Positions 1 through 8,094 of a stretch of DNA of 55,965 nt are shown here, one piece after another (positions within the stretch are counted from its first letter, which is position 1; every line of letters starts with the position of its first letter). This DNA is from a virus, in the IMG/VR virus record IMGVR_UViG_3300027872_000003, positions 1 to 55,965 of that record; one strand, 5' to 3'. The translations under genes were made by a program, and so were the position numbers. A model generated the notes under the pieces. The model saw nothing but the letters and a program-made list of their open reading frames with translations, did no database searches and had not been told where the DNA came from.

Positions 1-127
1 CCATCCTGAACGCTAACCGTCTTTCTGAAATCAGCCTGGAAGTCTGCCTTGCTGGTCTTTATTTCAATCTCGTCGACATACCCGCTTTTACGTATTGCAA
101 TAATATCCATTTCGTTAAACTGCCAAT
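1..127. repeat. Terminal direct repeat, identical to 55839-55965 (circular-assembly overlap or terminal redundancy)
   Basis: Base-by-base comparison of the two window ends: 127/127 identical. Identity stops at 55838. Confidence 0.95.
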
Positions 128-194
128 CAAGATAAATATTTGGCGCAACGATTTCATACCTCTGAAAAGTATGCTGATAAAATGCAAACTGCAT
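1..194 (-). CDS. N-terminal part of the MmcB-like PD-(D/E)XK nuclease gene that crosses the circular junction (continues as 55544-55948)
   Basis: ATG at 194 is in frame (28 codons, MQFAFYQHTFQRYEIVAPNIYLDWQFNE) with the MDIIAIRK start at 110. Bases 1-110 duplicate 55839-55948. Confidence 0.45.
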   Translation of the reverse strand, partial: MQFAFYQHTFQRYEIVAPNIYLDWQFNEMDIIAIRKSGYVDEIEIKTSKADFQADFRKTVSVQD

Positions 195-205
195 ATCCTT
201 GGTGT

Positions 206-460
206 TCATTTTCGATATGACCTGCGATTAATGGCTTGCATTGAGTCGGGCCCGCGGCATTCTTCGCGCAATTTTAACCGCTCGATCAGTTCTGATTTAA
301 CCTTTTCACAATGCGCCTTCGTGCCATGAACAAGCGGGATATGATCAGTCTTAATATCGCCGATAAACGCACTCAAATTCTTTTCAAGCGATAATTCCAG
401 TTCGTGCACAAGTAAGGAATTGAGCCTTTGTGACCACTCGAGGACGTGTGTGTTATCCAT
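206..460 (-). CDS. hypothetical protein (84 aa)
   Basis: ORF in the replication operon. Its start overlaps the helicase stop by 8 nt. Confidence 0.5.
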   Translation of the reverse strand: MDNTHVLEWSQRLNSLLVHELELSLEKNLSAFIGDIKTDHIPLVHGTKAHCEKVKSELIERLKLREECRGPDSMQAINRRSYRK

Positions 461-1424
461 AGTCGAGATCCTTCGTTGGGTTTACATCAAATGGAAGTTT
501 TTTGCCGTAATTATCACCGGTGAATTGCATAGAATCCGTATCAAACCATAGGGCAATTTTCCCCTCCCATTTACCAAACCGCTGCTTGGCGACAATCAAT
601 TGCTGATCTGGCCTGTTATCGTAATATTCTTGCTCTGAATCCTTTACGTCAAAGCCAGAATTGATTTTGTGGCCGATGGCGTCTTTTTTCTTATCGGCCC
701 AAACAATCATCACGTTGTCGACCATATCTGTAATTTCACCAGCGCCACGAACATCGAAGCGGCCTGGTATATATTCGTCACCCCCTTGCGGCGGCTTTCT
801 TACGTGGGCAACCAGGTGAATATGAATCTTAAGCGCCTTTGCTGCAGCGGCCAATGTATCAAGGAATCGTTTCTCTGCGTCCCTGTCGCCGCTCCTGAGT
901 CCGCATTTTGTCAATGAGTCTATCATCACGTGCTTGCAGCCGCATTCGTGGGCCATGTAGTACAACGCGCCCAATACCCGCTCCGTTGGTACAGAATCCA
1001 GTTGGTCGTAGAAATACAGCTTATTTTGGCCCCATTGCAACCACTGCTGTCCGAAGTCTGGAGAAGGTGCACAACTGGCAGCCTGTGAAATCATTCTTTC
1101 CATTGTATCGATGACCGGCATTTCGAACGAGGCAACACCTGTCGGCACGTTCTGAGCAAACCACATCATGACCATACCGGTAAGCATTGATTTTTTATGT
1201 CCGTTGATGCCGGCCCAGATTGTTACCTGTCCCTCTCCGAACCTGACTAAGTTGTGCGTCTTGGTCCAGGGCAGCGGATCACCTCGAAGCTGCCAGCCGT
1301 TTTTTAGCCGGTCAGCCATTTGTTCACGATAGAAAAGCGTTGATTGGATTGATTGGGCCTCCTGATTTCCGATGAAGTTCATCAGTTCACGATCGTTGTA
1401 ATCTATGTTCGGGATTACGTTCAT
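453..1424 (-). CDS. DnaB-family replicative helicase (RecA-like C-terminal domain)
   Basis: Walker A-like GINGHKKS, Walker B-like HVMIDSL, and IHIHLVAHVRK / RGAGEITD motifs typical of DnaB/P-loop phage helicases. Lies next to the replisome organizer. Confidence 0.75.
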   Translation of the reverse strand: MNVIPNIDYNDRELMNFIGNQEAQSIQSTLFYREQMADRLKNGWQLRGDPLPWTKTHNLVRFGEGQVTIWAGINGHKKSMLTGMVMMWFAQNVPTGVASFEMPVIDTMERMISQAASCAPSPDFGQQWLQWGQNKLYFYDQLDSVPTERVLGALYYMAHECGCKHVMIDSLTKCGLRSGDRDAEKRFLDTLAAAAKALKIHIHLVAHVRKPPQGGDEYIPGRFDVRGAGEITDMVDNVMIVWADKKKDAIGHKINSGFDVKDSEQEYYDNRPDQQLIVAKQRFGKWEGKIALWFDTDSMQFTGDNYGKKLPFDVNPTKDLDYG

Positions 1425-2113
1425 ACGAAATACTCCTTACCTGAATTATTTTGATTGTTTTGATTGTTTTCTATCTCGTCATTCCAAACCTCTTGATTAA
1501 GATAGGTCTCAAAGTTTTTCCTGTATTGCTTGTCGGGAGTTGAAAGAGCGTAAATAGGAATATGGTTTAGTAAATCTCGTTTCGTAGAGTCAGATAACTT
1601 TGAGTATTTAGCCTTGCAGGTTTTCTTGTTTCCCTTCTTGCCGTAGATATTCCATACGTTTTCGAATTCATCATCTAATTTCTTTTTCTTTCCTTCTTTC
1701 CATTCTTTCATTCTTATATCTTCGTTCGACTGGTCGTCCGTGATACGTTCGTCTGGTCGTTCGGGTGGTCGTTCGTTCGATTTATCCTCATCCTGAAAAC
1801 TGTTGAAATTACATATACTTACGATAGTAGTTATATCGTTCGTTTTTATCGTAATCATGCCCTGGTTAGTAAGCATTAACAAAAATCTTTTTACCTTGTT
1901 TTGGGACCATTTCCATCGTTTTTGCATTGATATCTGAGATATGGCAACCTGACCTCTGTCTATATTAACTAGCTTTCCTTTCATCATTGCAGATCCGTCT
2001 GAATGCCTAGCCATCATCAATAGATCAATCCATGCCATAGCCTTGTCTGGTGATTTAAAATCCCATAACCAGTGATCTGATAACGATCTATGGAGCTTAA
2101 TCCATCCGCTCAT
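1421..2113 (-). CDS. replication initiator / replisome organizer (lambda O- or DnaD-like N-terminal domain)
   Basis: N-terminus WIKLHRSL..HWLW...AWIDLLMMA is the conserved phage replisome-organizer signature. Has an acidic repeat linker, is coupled to the helicase gene, and contains iteron-like repeats. Confidence 0.6.
   Translation of the reverse strand: MSGWIKLHRSLSDHWLWDFKSPDKAMAWIDLLMMARHSDGSAMMKGKLVNIDRGQVAISQISMQKRWKWSQNKVKRFLLMLTNQGMITIKTNDITTIVSICNFNSFQDEDKSNERPPERPDERITDDQSNEDIRMKEWKEGKKKKLDDEFENVWNIYGKKGNKKTCKAKYSKLSDSTKRDLLNHIPIYALSTPDKQYRKNFETYLNQEVWNDEIENNQNNQNNSGKEYFV
1722..1780. repeat. iteron-like direct repeats inside the replication-initiator gene (candidate ori)
   Basis: TGGTCGTYCG at 1731-1740, 1754-1763 and 1766-1775. 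TCGTTCGA at 1722-1729 and 1773-1780. A 44-nt T/C-rich (A+T-rich) tract lies adjacent at 1677-1720. Confidence 0.4.
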
Positions 2114-2421
2114 AATCCTGCCTTAAAAGCTCTCAAGCTCTGCCAAATAAGAATCTCTTGCGCCTTATCTTCTGTCGATATCTTCTTGCCAATGCTTCTG
2201 GCGTGACTAATCACATCGAGGAAGAATTGACCGAATGCAACGTCTCTGAGTTTTTTTGGCTTGGGTATTGGGTACTTGGCTGCAATCCTTAGATTGATCG
2301 ATACCGGGTCACAGTTGCTTTTGCACTTGATGAATTCGTGGCCGGTGTTTAATCGAACGTGAGCCAAATCGTCAAAGCAGACAGGGCATTCTAGGATGGT
2401 GACTTTCTTGCGTAGTTTCAC
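2110..2421 (-). CDS. hypothetical protein with CxxC...CxxxC zinc-ribbon-like motif (103 aa)
   Basis: ORF overlapping the downstream gene by 4 nt. Motif: CPVCFDD...CKSNC. Confidence 0.5.
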   Translation of the reverse strand: MKLRKKVTILECPVCFDDLAHVRLNTGHEFIKCKSNCDPVSINLRIAAKYPIPKPKKLRDVAFGQFFLDVISHARSIGKKISTEDKAQEILIWQSLRAFKAGL

Positions 2422-2485
2422 TATACTTCACTCGTAACGTTGATATTTGCCGCTAATGCCTTGCAGGGCTAGGCGGCTTTCTTTT

Positions 2486-2701
2486 TTAAGCTGCTTTTTC
2501 TTCTTCTCCGAGCGCAATAAATTCGCTGACCTTATAATCCATCGCAGTAGCCATTTTCTCAATAGTATCGATATTGGCGTGGTGCCGGTTATTCGATAGC
2601 GCAGATACATGAGGCTGTGACATTTCAATCAGCTTTGCCAGCGCGGTAGTAGTAAGCCCCTTGTAAGCCATCCCGATCTTGATTGATCTGCCTATGTTCA
2701 T
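2486..2701 (-). CDS. XRE/Cro-type helix-turn-helix transcriptional regulator (71 aa)
   Basis: GLTTTALAKLIEMSQPHVSALSNNRHHANIDTIEKMATAM is a classic HTH_3 pattern. It is the first gene of the leftward operon at a divergent promoter region. Confidence 0.75.
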   Translation of the reverse strand: MNIGRSIKIGMAYKGLTTTALAKLIEMSQPHVSALSNNRHHANIDTIEKMATAMDYKVSEFIALGEEEKAA

Positions 2702-2802
2702 ATGGTACCGCCTTTTTATAAACTCAATGTGATTATAATAGTTGATTTATCGTATATTAGTGCTTACACTTGCTCAAGTCAAATAAATAAGTGGAGAGGG
2801 AT
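2702..2802. promoter_or_regulatory. divergent promoter region between the Cro-like gene and the rightward 2803 gene
   Basis: Plus strand: TTGATT (2742-2747), 17-nt spacer, TACACT (2765-2770). Minus strand: perfect TATAAT (2737-2732) with a weak -35. The region is AT-rich. Confidence 0.4.
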
Positions 2803-3033
2803 ATGGATACTATCAAATGCGGGCGCGTTACGTATAATTTGGCAGAGGGCGACACCGTTATGGATAATGGGAAATGTCTTCAGCTAATTACTAGAGAGGT
2901 TGGTAGCGGATGGAATAGATTTCACCCTAAAGTATCGAAAGCTGCGTTCGCCCAGTTCAAGGCTAATACCAATGTAAGTATTGAGACAGATCATGCGTAT
3001 GGTGACTGGGTTACGCTTTATCGGTACGGTTAA
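2803..3033 (+). CDS. hypothetical protein (76 aa)
   Basis: ATG at 2803 is preceded by GGAGAGGG. The ORF-track start at 2791 is a GTG inside the SD. Confidence 0.45.
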   Translation: MDTIKCGRVTYNLAEGDTVMDNGKCLQLITREVGSGWNRFHPKVSKAAFAQFKANTNVSIETDHAYGDWVTLYRYG

Positions 3034-3130
3034 CCCGGTTAACACATACTGAGAATCTTAACCAACAAGGGCTTAACATCCCTTACCCCTCCCAACTAAC
3101 CTCTACCGCCACTAACGAAGGAGATCATGA

Positions 3131-3331
3131 ATGGATAGGCTTAAGCTTAGAGAGATTAAAGTTAGGCCGCGTATCTACTACGATAAGCATCGCAGAATAA
3201 CTAGGCGCATCACCATTGGCGGCGGTTACCTGCACGGTTGTTGGCTGCCAGAGATCAAGAGAACTTGGGGTCAGATATTTATTGCAAAACGTGAAGGCGC
3301 TAAACTTGCAGCTCTCTTTGATAAATCTTGA
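3131..3331 (+). CDS. hypothetical basic protein (66 aa)
   Basis: ORF with AAGGAG 7 nt upstream. Confidence 0.4.
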   Translation: MDRLKLREIKVRPRIYYDKHRRITRRITIGGGYLHGCWLPEIKRTWGQIFIAKREGAKLAALFDKS

Positions 3332-3454
3332 TTTCTATACGCCAGACCCACCGGATATCAAGTGGGAAAACATTACAAATTGTTAATTTTACGATTCTTG
3401 CCATATAATTAATCTGCTCAATGTCGAGCGTGACTGAAAAAAGAGACTGAAATT

Positions 3455-3760
3455 ATGAATGATATCGAAGAAGAGATTGTCAAAAAGGGTTTAACTGCCC
3501 CCCGAATAACCCCCGCAAGACTTGAAGAGGTCGTTGTTTCCGAGCAATATCATGTTTTCCCAAATACAACATTTACAGCCTGTCTGCTAACTTTGGAGAA
3601 CGGTTATACCGTGCTTGGTGAAAGTGCCTGTGCCAGCCCTGAGAACTTCGACGCTGCTTTGGGTCGTAAGATCGCAAGGGATAACGCCAAGAACAAAATC
3701 TGGCAACTGGAAGGCTATCTGCTGCGTCAACAACTGAACGATGCAGACAAACCCTCTTAA
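3455..3760 (+). CDS. Gp49-like protein (N4 gp49 / Sf6 gp66 family)
   Basis: Pattern T.C.L.L.NG..V.GES.C.SPENFD...G..IA...A..KIW.LEGY recalled from that family. Confidence 0.55.
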   Translation: MNDIEEEIVKKGLTAPRITPARLEEVVVSEQYHVFPNTTFTACLLTLENGYTVLGESACASPENFDAALGRKIARDNAKNKIWQLEGYLLRQQLNDADKPS

Positions 3761-3832
3761 CTATTAAGCTGCCAAGGACGGCGCATATCAAGTGGGAATG
3801 GTTACATTTTTGTAATGTTTGGGTGACTCGGA

Positions 3833-4126
3833 TCAAACTTTGTATGGGTTCCCGTCACCATCCGCGCGCCTTATCAGATAAATGCAGTCGTCATAGCGAA
3901 CAAACCCTTCCTTCTCCATTCCATCTATACCGACAGGAGACCCGCTCCATGACCGTATCTGAATTGCCATCACCCAGGGATCCTTCATTTCTGCCCAATG
4001 ATACCAATGTCTGCACCACATTCCATTTCCGCAATTTATGGCGATCTTTACTAGATCAGCTGGATGCATTAGGCCCGCACCGGCAATCAAATCCTTTAGT
4101 TCTTTTATTTCGCTCTCTGACTTCAT
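3833..4126 (-). CDS. hypothetical protein (97 aa)
   Basis: ORF convergent with 3455-3760. Part of a compact minus-strand gene string. Confidence 0.45.
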   Translation of the reverse strand: MKSESEIKELKDLIAGAGLMHPADLVKIAINCGNGMWCRHWYHWAEMKDPWVMAIQIRSWSGSPVGIDGMEKEGFVRYDDCIYLIRRADGDGNPYKV

Positions 4127-4165
4127 AATCTTCTCCGGTTTGGTAAAGTGCGTTATTTGTGCAGT

Positions 4166-4387
4166 TTACGTGTTGCGAGGTTTTTGCCTGCCAGTTGCAA
4201 TCAGTGCTGGGTCTTCTGACATTATCGAATTTGCTTCCAGCCTGTTTATTAGTGAGCGACTCAGTATTAATTTCTTGGTAACAGCTTCTAGCTCAAGGTA
4301 CTTAGTAGCTATCCAGTGCGCGTCATTTTCTGGCTTATAGCCCAGATCGCCGCTTATCATCATTTCTGCTAACTGTTTCGCTGTCAT
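4166..4387 (-). CDS. hypothetical protein (73 aa)
   Basis: ORF in a compact minus-strand string. Confidence 0.45.
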   Translation of the reverse strand: MTAKQLAEMMISGDLGYKPENDAHWIATKYLELEAVTKKLILSRSLINRLEANSIMSEDPALIATGRQKPRNT

Positions 4388-4414
4388 TTCTAATGCTCCA
4401 ATGCTGTAAAGTAT

Positions 4415-4699
4415 TTAGCGTTGATTTCTCTGTATATGGTCAAGCGGTATGCATATCGGATTCTCTGCGCGATACTCGGCAACCGTTTTTCCAAAGTGGA
4501 TTTCAGCGCACGGCTTGCAAAATGCCTCTTCGCAATATAGGCACTTGTATGCTTGATGCGGCCAAAGCTTTCTCAGACATCCACAACGAACAAACGGTCT
4601 AATATCATCCATTAACTCTTTTGTCTGCTTAGCCACAACATGCAGTTTTCGCCGCCAATCTTCTATCGGTACTATCGCCATTCTAAATCCCCGATCCAT
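4415..4699 (-). CDS. hypothetical Cys-rich (zinc-finger-like) protein (94 aa)
   Basis: CGC...CLYCEEAFCKPCAEIH cluster. Confidence 0.5.
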   Translation of the reverse strand: MDRGFRMAIVPIEDWRRKLHVVAKQTKELMDDIRPFVRCGCLRKLWPHQAYKCLYCEEAFCKPCAEIHFGKTVAEYRAENPICIPLDHIQRNQR

Positions 4700-4799
4700 T
4701 TATATAGTTGAATAAATATAGCCAAATGCTGCCAGCTCCAGTACTACCATTATTGCTATTGCTTGGAATACATTTAGTTTCATGATTGCCTCGTGTGTG

Positions 4800-4997
4800 T
4801 TAAATGCTATTCACGACCTTTTTAATGACGTCGCCCTCGCTTGCAAACTCTTCGAGAACCTTATTGCCATGACTGATCAATTCGGCTTTATGGTCCTGAT
4901 TTTTCACTGGAACAGCGACAAAATCAATGCCATATTTCTTAAACTGATTGACTACTTCCAAATTCTTGCGCATTTCTACTGGGCTACACCTGTTCAT
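4800..4997 (-). CDS. hypothetical protein (65 aa)
   Basis: ORF in a compact string. Confidence 0.45.
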   Translation of the reverse strand: MNRCSPVEMRKNLEVVNQFKKYGIDFVAVPVKNQDHKAELISHGNKVLEEFASEGDVIKKVVNSI

Positions 4998-5000
4998 AAA

Positions 5001-5159
5001 TCACTCCCCGCTCCGATACCGTTTATATTTCTCAATCCAAACGCGCCACATGCCGCAATTCTCGCATCTTGATTTGATATGAGTCTTGGACATAATGAAT
5101 TCCCATATGTCGCGCTCAATCAGGTTTAAAGGCGCTGGCGTGTGGTTGCATTTGGTCAT
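5001..5159 (-). CDS. hypothetical small protein (52 aa; below the ORF-track cutoff)
   Basis: Hand translation: MTKCNHTPAPLNLIERDIWEFIMSKTHIKSRCENCGMWRVWIEKYKRYRSGE. It fills the gap between neighbouring genes. Confidence 0.35.
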   Translation of the reverse strand: MTKCNHTPAPLNLIERDIWEFIMSKTHIKSRCENCGMWRVWIEKYKRYRSGE

Positions 5160-5179
5160 GGTGGTTACCCGTTAATGCG

Positions 5180-5470
5180 CTAATAATCTTTGAACTGTTC
5201 TAGCTTTCTATGGCTGGTCGTATAGCCGGCACTGAAAATATCGTCCTTTATCGGGTAGTAGCGGCCTAGTTCTGGCTCTTTGATTATCCAATCTCCAAGA
5301 CGAACAATCGCTATCTCGCCGTAAATAGTCGTTACTTTTAAAATCGGCTTACCGTCTTCGAAATCATGTGAGTACTGCCCTGTCAGTTCGTTGAAAACCT
5401 GATCTTTGTTCTCATTTGTAAATTGCACGGCCTGAACCGTTTTTGGTAATCGCTGGTATTTTTCAAACAT
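5180..5470 (-). CDS. hypothetical protein (96 aa)
   Basis: ORF in a compact string. Confidence 0.5.
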   Translation of the reverse strand: MFEKYQRLPKTVQAVQFTNENKDQVFNELTGQYSHDFEDGKPILKVTTIYGEIAIVRLGDWIIKEPELGRYYPIKDDIFSAGYTTSHRKLEQFKDY

Positions 5471-5480
5471 CCTGCTCTCC

Positions 5481-5750
5481 TTAAATAAATATAGATTCTA
5501 TCTTGTGCGGCATCTTTGGGAATACCGGCTGAACTTCTTTCTTTGGCTTCACGGAGTACCGCAAAAATGTTCTATTGCCGTTAAGCTTGCAGAATGACCA
5601 CTCAGAATCCAAATGATCTGATCGGGTCAGAGCCAGCAGATGATGCTTTATTGCTCCGCGCTTCAGATGAAGAGGTACTAGCAGGTCGGTCACCTCGGAA
5701 TTCGGATGCTTTGCAATGTAATTGAGTACTCGTTTTCTGGCTGGTGACAT
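5481..5750 (-). CDS. winged-helix (MarR/ArsR-like) DNA-binding protein, putative (89 aa)
   Basis: RKRVLNYIAKHPNSEVTDLLVPLHLKRGAIKHHLLALTRSDHL resembles a wHTH. Confidence 0.4.
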   Translation of the reverse strand: MSPARKRVLNYIAKHPNSEVTDLLVPLHLKRGAIKHHLLALTRSDHLDSEWSFCKLNGNRTFLRYSVKPKKEVQPVFPKMPHKIESIFI

Positions 5751-5759
5751 TTTTCTTCC

Positions 5760-6254
5760 TCAAAACGGCAAAATATCATGCGGGTTTTTATCCAGGGCAA
5801 GGTATCCGAAAAAACTTGCACTGCGGGTCTCTTCATTGCTGCGGCCTTTCCACCCCGTGAGTCTTTCGAAAGTGGGCTTATCCTTCGCCTTGGCCCAGTT
5901 CGATTTGTCGGGCTTGTACGTGACGTATTTGACGCCGTAGTGGATCAGGACGCGTTCAAGTTCGACGAAAGCCTGCTGGCACCTGCCAACACCCATACCC
6001 ATTTTCCCTGCTATTCTTGCCGCCGCATCACCGCTATTTTCTGCTCGGGCCATTCTGGATGAGTAAATAAACTGATTGGCCATGACGTTCTCGATGGAAA
6101 ACAGCAGTTCAATATGTGGATTCCTGCGCATTTCTTCGATGAAGGCGATAATATCCATTAGCGGCAACTGGTCGAGCTGGTCCAGAACGCCGTCTTTGAA
6201 GATGGCTATTCCGTGGGCTTTCGAGTCCGGGTCACAGCCACAAACGATTTTCAT
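5760..6254 (-). CDS. RuvC-like Holliday-junction resolvase
   Basis: N-terminal IVCGCDPDSKAHGIAIF (GxDPG-type first acidic motif) and SIEN second acidic motif. Size of 164 aa fits. Confidence 0.55.
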   Translation of the reverse strand: MKIVCGCDPDSKAHGIAIFKDGVLDQLDQLPLMDIIAFIEEMRRNPHIELLFSIENVMANQFIYSSRMARAENSGDAAARIAGKMGMGVGRCQQAFVELERVLIHYGVKYVTYKPDKSNWAKAKDKPTFERLTGWKGRSNEETRSASFFGYLALDKNPHDILPF

Positions 6255-6562
6255 TGACTGACCGCCACGTTATTAATTTTATCCATCATTTCAGAGAATG
6301 ATTCGGTAGATGGCGGGTGTTTCTTGCGTAGCGTTGGTTGTCCGAAATAAGGGTTTGAATCAGACGCGGGAAAGCAAGACTCATCTATCCCTATGAGCTT
6401 ATATGCAAACCCCTCGACTACTCTGTAAAAAAGTAGATCATGCCGTGTCGGGTAAATCCCCTTCGCACGAATATGCTCCACAACATGCTCACCGTTGAAT
6501 TCTGGATAATTCTTGCTTTCCAAAATCACTTCTTCACCGACGCTAAAATATGGCTGTGTCAT
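6251..6562 (-). CDS. hypothetical protein (103 aa from MTQPYF)
   Basis: ATG at 6562 is preceded by AGGAAGG. The longer ORF start at 6601 would overlap the upstream gene. Confidence 0.45.
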   Translation of the reverse strand: MTQPYFSVGEEVILESKNYPEFNGEHVVEHIRAKGIYPTRHDLLFYRVVEGFAYKLIGIDESCFPASDSNPYFGQPTLRKKHPPSTESFSEMMDKINNVAVSQ

Positions 6563-6591
6563 GTCACACCTTCCTATTGTAATTGGGTTAT

Positions 6592-6846
6592 TTAATGGCA
6601 CTCACATAAGCCGCCGTTGTATGCATACGGTCCTCGATCACCCTGAGGGTCATCACTGTTATAGTGTTCACCGGAAATTCCATACCAGCTTTCTCCATTA
6701 CCACAGCAGTCACAAACCTGAACGTCATGGTCTTTATGCGCAGCAATCCATGTGAAATAATCTTTGTCAGATATCAAGTCAGTGTCATCTGGTATCTGAT
6801 CTGTATTAATGAATCCAGTTCCTTCACACCTTGTGCATGTAGTCAT
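6592..6846 (-). CDS. hypothetical Cys-rich protein with DnaJ-type CxxCxGxG motif (84 aa)
   Basis: CTRCEGTGF at the N-terminus, CDCCGNG and CEC at the C-terminus. Confidence 0.5.
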   Translation of the reverse strand: MTTCTRCEGTGFINTDQIPDDTDLISDKDYFTWIAAHKDHDVQVCDCCGNGESWYGISGEHYNSDDPQGDRGPYAYNGGLCECH

Positions 6847-6860
6847 CTTGTTCGCTTCCC

Positions 6861-7091
6861 TTATTTAACTCGCACCCGAAAACCTTTAACAACCTTGATG
6901 GAGCGGCTTTGGTTCGGCATCTTCTCAACGGCGCCAGCGAGAATCAAATACTTCAATCGATCGTTGGCGGCATTTATAGCGATAACGAAATGAGCCGCTA
7001 TCTCTGATAATGTCGGTGGATACCCGTTCTCGGCTATATAGGTCTTGATGAAAAGTAAGGTATCTGCCTGTCTTTGCGTTAATTTCGTCAT
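6861..7091 (-). CDS. stand-alone LexA DNA-binding-domain (wHTH) regulator, no S24 peptidase domain
   Basis: MTKLTQRQADTLLFIKTYIAENGYPPTLSEIAAHF...AANDRLKYL aligns by eye with the E. coli LexA N-terminus ([43 protein letters not shown]). GGAGAG SD lies before the ATG at 7091. Confidence 0.7.
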   Translation of the reverse strand: MTKLTQRQADTLLFIKTYIAENGYPPTLSEIAAHFVIAINAANDRLKYLILAGAVEKMPNQSRSIKVVKGFRVRVK

Positions 7092-7126
7092 TTTGCTCTC
7101 CGGTTGTTTTACACATAGTAGCATGG

Positions 7127-7176
7127 CTGTAACTATTTACAATTATTTATGCAAATAAACTTGCATTAGTTTACAG
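7127..7176. promoter_or_regulatory. pair of SOS-box-like half-palindromes (candidate operators)
   Basis: CTGTAACTATTTACAA (7127-7142) and TTGCATTAGTTTACAG (7161-7176). Each matches CTGT-N8-ACAG with one degenerate arm; together they form an inverted pair. The second overlaps the -35 of the rightward promoter. Confidence 0.35.
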
Positions 7177-7188
7177 TCGTGCTAAATT
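7161..7188 (+). promoter_or_regulatory. sigma70-like promoter for the long rightward operon
   Basis: TTGCAT (7161-7166), 16-nt spacer ending in TGC (extended -10), TAAATT (7183-7188). Lies 39 nt upstream of the ATG at 7227. Confidence 0.45.
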
Positions 7189-7226
7189 GAATCACACAAA
7201 CAAATAAACAACAACGGAGAAATACC

Positions 7227-7895
7227 ATGCCAAATCACGTAACCAGTGTTATTACAATAAATTCCCCCAGTGCATCCGAAGTCCTGAGTTATATTGCAGG
7301 CGAAAAGCATCTATTTGATTTCAATAAAATAATGCCAATTCCGGAGTCACTGAATATAGAGTCCGGTACGCGTTCTGAATATGGCGAATGGATAGCTGGC
7401 GGCAATCCTCCAGATTTTTGTAGCATAAGCATTGAAGAAGCAAAAAAAAGGCTTGGTGATAGGCTGGAAGAATACACGGCCATAGGTCGCGCACGAATAG
7501 ATAACCGTAAAAAATACGGTTCATCTGACTGGTATGGATGGGCTATTGAAAAATGGGGCACTAAATGGAATAGCTACGACAATGAAATGCGCGGCGAAAA
7601 CATCGTAAAAATAGAAACCGCTTGGTCCATACCAGAGCCTATATTCACCGCATTGTCAGCAAAGTTTTCTGATGCTGAGTTTCTTATTGATTATGCCGAC
7701 GAAGACACCGGCTCAAATTGCGGAAAGCTAATATTCAAGTCTGGCGTAAAAGCGATTATTACGGACAACAAAAACGTTGTTCCTGATGGATTTAAAAACT
7801 GGAATCACTTTGCTTTAAAGCTCTGCTATCCAAACGATGACGCTAAATCTCATTGTTACAACGAAGACTGGGAATATGACGAGTCGCTGGAATAA
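7227..7895 (+). CDS. DUF1281 / Api92-like ferredoxin-fold protein (tentative)
   Basis: N-terminal MPNHVT..I and central WYGWAIEKWGTKWN..., ETAWS.P motifs recalled from plasmid/phage DUF1281 proteins. The family assignment was not verified. Confidence 0.4.
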   Translation: MPNHVTSVITINSPSASEVLSYIAGEKHLFDFNKIMPIPESLNIESGTRSEYGEWIAGGNPPDFCSISIEEAKKRLGDRLEEYTAIGRARIDNRKKYGSSDWYGWAIEKWGTKWNSYDNEMRGENIVKIETAWSIPEPIFTALSAKFSDAEFLIDYADEDTGSNCGKLIFKSGVKAIITDNKNVVPDGFKNWNHFALKLCYPNDDAKSHCYNEDWEYDESLE

Positions 7896-7942
7896 CCCAC
7901 ACTCACACCTAAACAGCCCCTTAATTGGGGCTAAGTCATTGT

Positions 7943-7960
7943 AACCCTTCGGGGTTTTTT
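7943..7960 (+). terminator. rho-independent terminator
   Basis: AACCC-TTCG-GGGTT hairpin followed by a T-run. Confidence 0.7.
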
Positions 7961-8035
7961 ATAACTTAGTTAGTTCTGCCGGAACAGAGGATAAGATCAT
8001 GTTATATAGCGGGTTAGGAGACTGCCCTTAAATTC

Positions 8036-8069
8036 CCAGCATCCTGATCATAGGCTCTGCTGGTTTTTT
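8036..8069 (+). terminator. rho-independent terminator (larger loop)
   Basis: CCAGCA...TGCTGG stem followed by TTTTTT. Confidence 0.55.
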
Positions 8070-8094
8070 GGTAAAAGCCAAGAGGAAAAATAAA

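Noticed and set aside
2428-2628. ORF 2428-2628 (minus, 66 aa) overlapping the Cro-like gene.
   Set aside because: It is out of frame with and largely contained in the well-supported HTH gene 2486-2701. The sequence is basic and low-complexity.
3355-3798. Exact 14-mer ATATCAAGTGGGAA, followed by TTACA, just downstream of the stops of two plus-strand genes (3355-3368 and 3785-3798).
   Set aside because: In 56 kb, several exact 14-mer coincidences are expected by chance (about N^2/2 divided by 4^14, or a few). The flanks do not share a hairpin, so there is not enough evidence for a motif.
7913-7932. Hairpin AGCCCC-TTAATT-GGGGCT as an additional terminator after 7227-7895.
   Set aside because: No T-run follows it. 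The real terminator appears to be the UUCG hairpin at 7943-7960.
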